Positions 53,954 through 64,000 of a DNA stretch of 64,000 bases are shown one piece after another. The DNA is from Eledone cirrhosa (lineage: Eukaryota). The translations under genes were made by a program, and so were the position numbers. The notes under the pieces were generated by a model, which was not told the DNA's origin, searched no databases, and saw nothing but the letters and a program-made list of their open reading frames with translations. Positions within the stretch are counted from its first letter, which is position 1; each line of letters opens with the position of its first letter. The stretch lies in NCBI GenBank assembly GCA_964016885.1, contig OZ024740.1, positions 130,758,001-130,822,000 on the forward strand, written 5' to 3'.

Positions 53954-55205
53954 CCACACATACATACACACACACGCACACACAATACATACATCCACAT
54001 TCACACACATACACACACACACACATATACACATACATACACCCACACACAGAGGAATGGCCTCCAAATATATATATATATACATACATACACATATATT
54101 CTTTCCATAATATAAGAAGTTGGGACAGTGAAATTAAAATACAAGTCATTCTGATCACATTGAGTCCTTCATGTAGATTGGGCCCCGCAACCGACAGTGG
54201 TGAATTCTGTGTGCGCATATATATATAGATATATGTGTGTGCACGTGCAGGGTTTAACATGGATGTGTTGGTCACACAAAGGCATGGTCTGTCAACGAAT
54301 AAACCTGATTCTACAGAATTGGTCTCTGGTCTTTAATAGTAGTGATTCCGTGCGTATGTGTGTTTATATTGTATGACAATTCTATTGGGGTGATAACCCG
54401 TTTAGTTTTGGTTTAAATTTGTTAAGGAATAGATTTTCTTTGTTTATTCTTTGTTGCTGTGTGAACGAATCTGAGCACTTGTAGAAGGGGAAGATTTTAA
54501 AGTTGGGTAGTGTCATTCCTGCGCAGTTCGCAATATGGCTGCTCAAGGGGATTTTTCTTGTGTTAACGTCCCGGATTTGTTGGCGGTGGATGGTCATTCT
54601 TTTGCGTAATGAGGTGCCCGTCTGTCCTATGTAGTTGTGTTTGCACCCACCGCAAGTTATTGCGTAAATCAAGTTCTCCGAGTTGCAGGTGAAATTGTTT
54701 TTTACTGTAAATGTTTGGCCATCTTTGAATGTAAATGTTTGTCCTTCAGTGAGGTAGAGGCACGTTCCACAGTTTGTTCTACCACAGTTGGTAACTGTAG
54801 GGTTGAGGATTGGTTTGGGTATATTTGGTCCAGTGAGAATGCGTTTAAGTGGACATTGCTAAACCTGACCTTTATAAAATAACCCACACCCCAAATAACT
54901 TCTCATTCACTACCAGAAAGGGACACAGCAGTCAACCTGTTGTTGCTACCTAGATGAAAACTACTATGAAATCCCACAATGAATTTTATACTTGAAATTT
55001 CAAATCTCAAATTTTAACTCTTCGTATTATTAATTTTTCTTAATATTAATCAACATTTGAAAAGATGGCTTTTGCAGACCCATCGAAACCGGTCATTTTT
55101 TATACCCTTTATTATTTCCTTACCTTATAAAATTATATGTTTTTTCACAAAAAAGTATTCTGTCTCTTATATATTCCATGTGCCATTACCAACCTCAATT
55201 TTCTC
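53222..55205 (-). mobile_element. 5'-truncated Neptune copy with inverted 3'UTR/pLTR arm
   Basis: 53250-54851 is the reverse complement of 46368-48190. Uninterrupted GIY-YIG frame at 54382-54672. 54853-55205 is an inverted arm. Confidence 0.93.
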
Positions 55206-55219
55206 TCTCTCTCTCTCTC

Positions 55220-55471
<252 letters not shown>

Positions 55472-55629
55472 CATATATATATATACATATATATATGTAT
55501 GTCATGTTGCCAATAAGAAACACACGCACCAGTCGCTTTCACTTCAATTTATTATAGATTTATAAATTTATAAATTTATAAATTTCTGGTTGGTTGGTTG
55601 GTTCCACAACCAGATAGTTGTTTATATAT

Positions 55630-55674
55630 AGTCATAGTTCTTTCGTCACACACTATGTGACCTCTTCAGTGACT
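55630..55674 (-). ncRNA. Type I hammerhead (canonical core)
   Basis: Minus: AGTCA-CTGAAGA-g-GTCACA tagtg TGTGAC-GAAA-G aa C-TA-TGACT. Confidence 0.8.
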
Positions 55675-56412
55675 GGGGATTCCTTTCTGTGTTTATGTGC
55701 CTCTCCTTTATTCTGTCCTACGCCATTTTGTTTCTGTGTGTGTGTTGTGTGCTCAGTCTGCGCATGCGCCACATCCGGGTGCCTGTGTGTGTTTATGTTC
55801 ATTTATTTATTTATTTATTTACATGTTACAAGTTGGTTGTTTGTTCTATGTGTGTGTGTGTTTTCATTTGTCCTTAATTGTAAGTTGTGTTGTTGCTGTT
55901 CCACTCATATTTTCTATTTAATTTTGGTTGTAATTCTTTTATGTTTATTGCCTCTGTAATTTGTCTAAACATTGCGTCTTTTCTGTGTGTAGATTCTATT
56001 TTTATTTCTAGTTCTCTAATTTACCCTTGTGTTCTATCTTAGCATGTTGGTAGAGTACAGATGATTCTTTATACATCTTGAAGGTCTGGCCAGTGTTAAT
56101 TTATCCGTTCCCCTACACTACGAGCTGTCTCACCTATGTACACTATATTTTTGTCTCTACATTGTCCTTCAGTACATCTTATGCTATACACTACATTTCT
56201 AGTTTTACAGTTAATATGGGGTCTTATTTTACAGGTTATACATTTCTTATCTATACATGAGCGTCTTTGAAAAGGGTATGTCTTGCTAATAAGTGTTTTT
56301 ACGGCGGTACCTGGTCTTTCTACTACCTTAATATTGAGTTTATATTTATTTAGGGCCCTTCTAAATTTGTAAGCTAATTCACCTCAAGGGGTTGTATCGA
56401 TGAATATTACAC

Positions 56413-56611
<199 letters not shown>

Positions 56612-56621
56612 AGATATATAC

Positions 56622-56679
<58 letters not shown>

Positions 56680-56711
56680 TGTATGTATATATATATATAT
56701 ATATATATATT

Positions 56712-59700
56712 AGAAGAATCCCCAGTAGGTATTAGTGAGCGTCTTATGTCCATGAGAATTCGGCTGGACAAAGGAAGATATGCGACCCTGGTGAGTATGT
56801 ATGCTCCAACTATGAATTCTGTCGATGAAGAAAATGTGTCCTTTTACCATTCCTTGAAAGGTGTTTTAAGAAATATCCCTCAGGCAGAAAAAGTCATCTT
56901 GCTTGGTGACGTTAATGCTAGAGTGGGTAGGGATTTTAACACATGGAATGTAATCGGAAGGCATGGGGTGGGAAAGTGTAACAACAATGGTATGCTGCTG
57001 CTGCAGATGTGTGAGGAGCTGGATCTGTGTGTTACCAACACCATGTTCCAACAAAAGAACAAATTCAAGACCACATGGATGCATCCTGCATCTAAAGAAT
57101 GGCTTCTTTTGGACTACGTCCTAGTCAGGATGCGTGACAGGCAGGATGTGCAGTGTGTTCGTGCTCTTCGTGGAGCTGATGCTGGACGGACCACCGCCTG
57201 GTACGCGCAAAAGAGAAACTAATCACTAAACGTAAAATCCGGGCTCCTGGTGCTGCCCTGCCCAAAGATTGAATGCTGCTCGTCTCAAGGATAAAAATGT
57301 GAAAAAGACATTGGAAGAAGAGATGCAGGCTGCAGATCTTGGTGAGGATTGGCCGACCCTTAAAAACTCGGTTTATGATGTAGGCAGGCGTTTTCTGGGA
57401 TTCGTCCAGAGAAAACATCAGGACTGGTTTAATGACAATGATGTACATATAGAAGACTTGTTGGCTGATAAGAGGGGTGCTCTGTCACGCTACTTGATGG
57501 CAAAACCACAGGAGAGAAATACGTTACATGATGAACTCAAGGATGTAAAACCCCGTGTTAGGCGAAGTCTTTCTCAGATGAAGGATCAGTGGTGGAGTGA
57601 GAAAGCTGGTGAGATACAAACTGCGTCAGATCCCGATAACACAAATCTGTTGTACAGTCAGTTGCGTGAGGTTTATGGACCGTCTTCTTCTCTGGTGACA
57701 CCGCTCGGCAGTAAGGATGGCAAATAACTTCTTCGTGACTCACAAGTAATTCTACGAAGGAGGCGAGAGCACTTTGATGATCTTTTGAATCAGCCGTCTG
57801 TCGTCAGTGAAGATTTCCTCAATCTCATTCCAGAAAGTCCTGTGAAAGTAGCTCTCGCAGTACCTCCGAAGCTGGTAGAGGTTGCAGTCGCTATTTCGAA
57901 GATGAACAGTGGAAGATCTCCAGGTATGGATGGCATACATGCGGAGCTCCTACAATATGGTGGTGAGAGACTCCTGCAACATCTTCACTCTTTGTTTGGC
58001 AGGATATGGGCTAATGAATCCGTACCTGACGATTGGAGAGATGCAGTAATGGTGGTCTTGTACAATGGAAAAGGTAACAGGAATGATTGTGGGAACTACA
58101 GAGGTATATCATTGCTTTCTTTCGTAGAGAAAGTTTTATGTAGGGTGCTTCTGGACCGTCTGTTGACACACATTGCAGATTGTGTTCTTTCTGAAAGTCA
58201 ATCTGGTTTTCGTGCTGGACGCAGCACTACTGATATGATCTTCTCAGCTAGACAGCTCCAGGAGAAGTGCATGGAACAAAGCTTGGATCTGTATCAGGTT
58301 TTTGTCGATCTGACAAAAGCTTTCCATACTGTTAACAGAAATGCATTATGGAAGCTTCTCCAGAAACTTGGTTGCCCTGATAAGTTCCTTGCTTTAGTTA
58401 GGTCTTTCAATGACGACATGAAAGCTTGGGTTAATGTCGGAGTACATGTCGGAGCCTATCTCAGTAAAAAATGGAGTGAAACAGGGGGATATTCCAGCAC
58501 CGACCCTGTTTGCCATATACTTTGCAATGGTTTTCTGTATTGCATTCAGGAATTACGAGCATGGTGTTTACATCCGATATCGAACCTCAGGCAGCATATT
58601 TAATATCAGGCGCTTTGCTGCGAAGACAAAAGTATTTACATCAGTCATAAGAGACTTCTTGTATGCAGATGATTGCGTTCTTGTAGCGGACACAGAGAGT
58701 GATATGCAGCACATTTTGTATGCATATTCTGACGCTTGCACTGCCCTAGGATTGACTGTCAGTCTCAAGAAAACCGTCGTCATGTACCAACCTTCCCCTG
58801 GTAAGCAGTACACTGAACCAAATATCTATGTGTATGGTAAATGACTTGGAGTGGTTGATCAGTTTGTCTACCTGGGAAACACTGTCAATCGATACGGCAA
58901 CCTTGACAGTGAAATCTCACTTAGGATTAGAAAGCAAGTGATGCTTTCGGAAAGCTAGAAAGGCGACTCTGGGGTCGGCGAGACATATGCAGGAGGACAA
59001 AGGTAAAGGTGTACAGGGCATGTGTGCTCTCTTGTCTTCTTTATGCCTGTGAGACCTGGGTCACATATCGACACCGCCTTAAGCAATTGAAGCGTTTCCA
59101 TCAGTGGTGTCTCAGACGGATCCATGGCGTTCACTGGAGGGACCACATCAGTGATGTCGAGATTTTGGAAAGCTCTATGTGTGACAGTATAGAAGCTCTC
59201 GTGCTTAAGCAACGACTCCGTTGGGGGCGTCACCCTGCCAGGATGAAGGATTCTAGAATACCAAAACAACTCTTTTATGGAGAGATGGTTAAAGGAAAAC
59301 GACTGCCACATAAACCAAAAAAGAGGTATAAGGATTCCTAGAAAGCCTCTATGAAAGACGCTAACATCTCTGCTGATACATGGGAAAATATTGCTGCTGA
59401 TCGTAATAAATGGAGAAAGACTGTGTATGAGGGAAAAGTTGCCTTTGAGGCATCTCGAATCGGATACGAGAAAGTAAAGCGGGATGTGAAGAAGGGCATT
59501 GCTGTTGCACTTCCAGAGCTCGAGGTTCCACCTATGCTGCTGACATGCAGCATCTGTGCGAGACTCTGCCTAAGCAAAGCTGGACTCGAAAGTCATCTTC
59601 GCAGTCATAAAGACCAGTGGTTGACTACCAGGCTGCTGTTGCAGATGCTACTCATCATGCTTGCCAATCATGTGCTAGAGAATGTAAATCAGCAAGAGGG

Positions 59701-60152
59701 CTCAAGCGACATGCAAAAGTACACGAACTCCAACCACAGCCGACTATTCCCAGTGAATGTTTTGGTTGTCGACTCTGTGCAAGCGATTTTAGATCATTGG
59801 CTGGGCTAAAAGCCACATTCGATCGCAGCGCTCTTAGTTGCTATCGTGTGTGTGTATGTGTATAAATATGTTAATGTGTGTGCGTGTGTGTGTATATATA
59901 TGTGTATATGTATATTATTATTGTTGTTGTCGTTATTATTATTGTTGTTATTATTATTATTATTATTATTGTTATTAATGTATATGTGTGTGTGTATATA
60001 TGTATGTGTGTGTATATATGTGAGTGTATGCGTGTGTATATGTATATATATATATATTATTTTTTTATTTTATTTTATTTTTTATTTATTTATTTTTTTT
60101 TTTTTATCTCATCATGCAATGGCCATACTCGATAACGAGGGGGCAGCCATCA
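56712..60152 (+). mobile_element. 5'-truncated RTE-clade (BovB-like) LINE
   Basis: APE C part (YAPT, LLGDVNARVG, TWMHP, LDYV), RT (SPGMDGI, NYRGISLLS, QSGFR, FVDLTKAF, GVKQG, LYADD), C-term LLYACETW, RLRW, RIPKQLFYGE, DRNKWR. 3' hairpin tail at 60119-60152. Confidence 0.93.
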
Positions 60153-60215
60153 TGTATGTATATGTATATGTAAAAAATGTATGTATATATATAGGTATGT
60201 ATGTATATATGTATG

Positions 60216-60250
<35 letters not shown>

Positions 60251-60329
60251 ATATGTATGTATGTATATATATATTTATGTATGAATATATGTATGTATGT
60301 ATGTATGTATATGTATGTATATGTATGTA

Positions 60330-61172
60330 TGTCAGGTCACCAGTTTGTGCTACTGGTAACATGTATCCCAGTACAACCTGTCTCATGGTCGGGTCGTTGG
60401 CGACTAAACTGGCAACCCCACCAAGATTTCTTGGTGAGGAGGGTGACTTTGGACATCCTGCAGGACTAAAAACAAAACCTGTCAAAGGTCAAAGGAGCTC
60501 TTAAGAGTCAATGGCCATCCAAAATCACTGGGAGAGATGATCCGTTAGCCTTTGTCAAGGCAGAATTCTAGGAGAAGGAATATTCTAATATAACACCTGC
60601 AACCCTAATGGTATCCAATGGTGTTGACTTGTACTGTTCTTCTTTATGGTAATTATCATCTTGGTTAAGAGAGTGGGACTGGCTTTGTGCAGTGCCTTTG
60701 CTCACTATAAAAGCTTCACGGCACAGGCATTGCTTTATATCTGGAGATCTCTCTGCACTTGTCGTCACATGGTACCATGGGGCCAGCACTATGTGTCAAT
60801 AATTGTCACAAGTTTAGTGTTTGTACCAGAGTTTTCAAGTCGCTGGCTGGACTAAAAAGTCACACTCGTTCAGCGCATCGGTAAGGGTTCTGCTACATGG
60901 ATATAAAGTAGTGGCTGTACACGAAAACGAGTTGGCAGCCACCATATGTATGTATGTAAGTATATATATATGTATGTGTGTATATGTATGTATATGTATG
61001 TATGTATATATATGTATGTATGTATGTATATATGTTTGTATAGATATATGTATGTATATATATATATTTATGTATATATAGATATGTATGTATATGTATA
61101 TGTATGTATGTGTATGTATGTATATATATATATATGTATGTATATATACATGTATGTATATGTATATGTATG

Positions 61173-61221
<49 letters not shown>

Positions 61222-61946
61222 TTGCATATATATGTATGTATGTATATATATGTGTGTATGTATATGTATATATATATATAATTATGTATATATATGTATG
61301 TATATATATATATGTATATATATGTATGTTTTCGAAACAAAAATATGTCAGGTCACCAGTTGGTGCTACTGGTAACATGTATCCCAGTACAACCTGTCTC
61401 ATAGTCGGGTCGTTGGCGACTAAACTGACAAACCCACCAAGGTTTTTTGTGAGTAGGGTGACTTTGGAAATCCTGCAGGACTAAAAACAAAACCTGTCAA
61501 AGGACAAAAGCTCTTAAGAGTCAATGGCCATCCAAAATCACCGGGAGAGATGACCCCTTAGCCTTTGTCAAGGCAGAATTCTAGGAGAAGGAAAACTCTG
61601 ATATAACACATGCAACCCTGATGGTATCCAATGATGTTGACTTGTTCTTCTTTTTGTAAATAACATCTTGGTTAAGAGAGTGGGACTGGCTTTGTGCAGT
61701 GCCTTTGCTCACTATAAAAACTTCACGGCTCAGGCATTGCTTTATATCTGGAGATCTATCTGCACTTGTCATCACATGGTACCATGGACCCAGCACTGTG
61801 TCAATAATTGTCACAAGTGTAGTGTTTGTACCAGAGTTTTCAAGTCACTGGCTGGAATAAAAAGTCACACTCGTTCAGCGCATTGGTAGGGGTTCTCCTA
61901 CATGGATATAAAGTAGTGGCCGTACTCGAAAACGAGTTGGCAGCCA

Positions 61947-61950
<4 letters not shown>
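60330..61950 (+). mobile_element. Two tandem ~610-bp RTE-related 3' fragments (60330-60944, 61346-61950)
   Basis: Direct repeats separated by (TATG)n. They encode [22 protein letters not shown] and end in the same hairpin type as the RTE. Confidence 0.82.
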
Positions 61951-62032
<82 letters not shown>

Positions 62033-62325
62033 ATATATATAAATATATATTAATAAGAGGAATTCCAACTTTGTCTGATTTACTCGTTTTATTTACAATC
62101 CTTTAAAATATATAATGGTATTATAATGAAATAGTATGATAGAATATTAAATTCTAAGTGTTAATTGAACAAGTACTTTCATGCTTTCGCAATCTTCAGG
62201 TTCATGATATGTGGTGACAGTCGAGATTGCAATTTTCAATAAATATATATATATATGTCGTTTCAACAGCCAGTTCTAAACTGCTGAAACGGCCTTCGTG
62301 TGTCGCCTTTGGACTTGTCAACCCT

Positions 62326-62379
<54 letters not shown>

Positions 62380-62382
<3 letters not shown>

Positions 62383-64000
62383 TGAAAGAGAACAAAGGAA
62401 CTATTATGACATTATAACAAGTTTATTGCCGACAGCCGTTTCGTCCGACCCCATGGTGGGACTTATCAAGGCATATAACATGTGATTGCAAGATCATTGT
62501 TTACATCAACGTATCACTCAAGACTAGCAGTTTGAATTGTTGTATACATCAGCAACTCCGCTTTAAGGGGGGCTCTTTTATATTAGTTGTCGGGGTCAGG
62601 GATTGAAGTTTAAAAATTAGACAAAAATATATAATTTACGCATCAACATTAAACTAAAAGACATGGGGTCCCGCAGAAGCACCTTAGAAAATCCCTCAAT
62701 GAGTGCATAAAGCTTACAGGCTCCAATAAACCTATTAGTCTAGAAGAAAATTAAGAGGCTAATAAAATAAGAAAATAAAAATATAAAGTTTCCCTAAAAA
62801 ATATATAAAGTTCCTATGAAATTTCTTCTACAGTAAAAAAATTTTTTCCGAAAGAAAAAAACCTTCTTCGCCCGAGATCACGTTTACAAAATTCAGAAAA
62901 CTGAATTGAAAACTAGGTTGAAAGAAACTAAACAATTAGAGGTTAATTCAGAGAGCCTTCCATAAATCTCTCAGAAAAGGCCCCTTTAATATTTCCAATA
63001 GGAACTTCTTCCGAGAGACCCTTCGAAGAATTAAAATTCTAGAGAGCCTTTAAGGATAAATATAAAAACGTATTGAGGAAAATGATACATTAAAAGTTAA
63101 AAATTAAAAATGACGGTATTTGGGATATCCGAGGAATTTTCAAAGGGCTGCTTCAACAGATACAACTTAGGCATAATAGATACAATAATCTAAGCAATTT
63201 AAGTAATTTAATTAGGGAGCAATTCAAGGAGTTTATCAAGTTGGGCAAGATTAAAGAAAGTGGTAACTAAGAAAATACATAAGCAAAAAGACAATAATCA
63301 TAAAATGTATCTTTAAGAAGGTATAAGGCAGCTTCAGTGATCTAACCATGTATTATCACAAAAAAACATTCTAAAATTATTGATACAGGATTAAAAATTA
63401 TTACAAAATGATTACAAAATTACCACAAAATCATTACAAAATTATCAAATCATCACTAAATTACCACAAAATCATTACAAAATTATCAAATTATCATAAC
63501 ATTATCGCAAAATTATTACAAAATTATCATAAAATTATTACAAAAATATAACAGGATGAATTGCTTAGATTATTGTATCTATTATGCCTAAGTTGTATCT
63601 GTTGAAGCAGCACTTTGAAAATTCCTCGGATATCCCAAATACCGTAATTTTTAATTTTTAACTTTTAATGTATAATTTTCCTCAATTCGTTTTTATATTT
63701 ATCCTTAAAGGCTCTCTAAAATTTTAATTCTTCGAAGGGCCTCTCGGAAGAAGTTCCTATTGGAAATATTAAAGGGGCCTTTTCTGAGAGATTTATGGAA
63801 GGCTCTCTGAATTAACCTCTAATTGATTAGTTTCTTTCAACCTAGTTTTCAATTCAGTTTTCTGAATTTTGTAAACGTGATCTCGGGCGAAGAAGGTTTT
63901 TTTCTTTCGGAAAATTTTTTTTTTCTCTAGAAGAAATTTCATAGGAACTTTATATATTTTTTAGGGAAACTTTATATTTTTATTTTCTTATTTTATTAGC
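62380..64000 (-). mobile_element. PLE terminal region with inverted arm (62757-63195 / 63563-64000), runs off the window
   Basis: Long inverted repeat, terminal HHR and (TA)n flank. The spacer contains an ~11-bp AAAATTATCAC-like minisatellite at 63385-63545. Confidence 0.8.
62427..62473 (-). ncRNA. Type I hammerhead with U3:A8 core
   Basis: Minus: TGCC-TTGATAA-GTCC caccatggggtc GGAC-GAAA-C ggct G-TC-GGCA. Confidence 0.85.

Noticed and set aside
56260-56325. TTGAAAA plus possible stem as a fourth U3:A8 hammerhead
   Set aside because: No GAAA or cleavage site follows the stem.
62175-62210. Minus-strand CTGAAGA-TTGC-GAAA, and similar degenerate cores near 10570-10612, 22763-22803 and 53085-53122
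   Set aside because: Stems are incomplete or cores are mutated, so they cannot be distinguished from chance or dead relics.

Overview
This is eukaryotic DNA, very AT-rich and dense in microsatellites, and almost entirely made of transposons. The tRNA-derived SINEs resemble Octopus families as I recall them, so a cephalopod source is likely (inference). I found no host protein-coding gene I can support, and most short entries in the ORF track are (TA)n/(CA)n artefacts. Contents: a decayed hAT transposase; a near-full-length Tx1/L1-clade LINE; an RTE LINE with three C-terminal C2H2 fingers; a CR1-like fragment; several SINEs; and more than a dozen Penelope-like element (PLE) insertions or fragments. 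The PLEs comprise one near-full-length Neptune-type element with two derivatives, six divergent Naiad-type elements and several non-coding pLTR-only units. Nearly all sit in (TA)n tracts, and many have inverted pLTRs. Their termini carry many type I hammerhead ribozyme (HHR) motifs that I folded by eye. Highlights: (1) three different PLE termini carry HHRs whose canonical C3:G8 core pair is replaced by compensatory U3:A8; (2) the Neptune element has an upstream ORF linked to the RT ORF by a correctly phased U-UUU-UUA-GGG -1 slippery site that is also a possible splice acceptor; (3) non-coding tandem HHR units of 2.23 kb and about 0.52 kb look like large retrozyme-like PLE parasites; (4) one HHR has a 72-nt insert in loop 2. 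All structures and clade calls are by eye and need computational confirmation.
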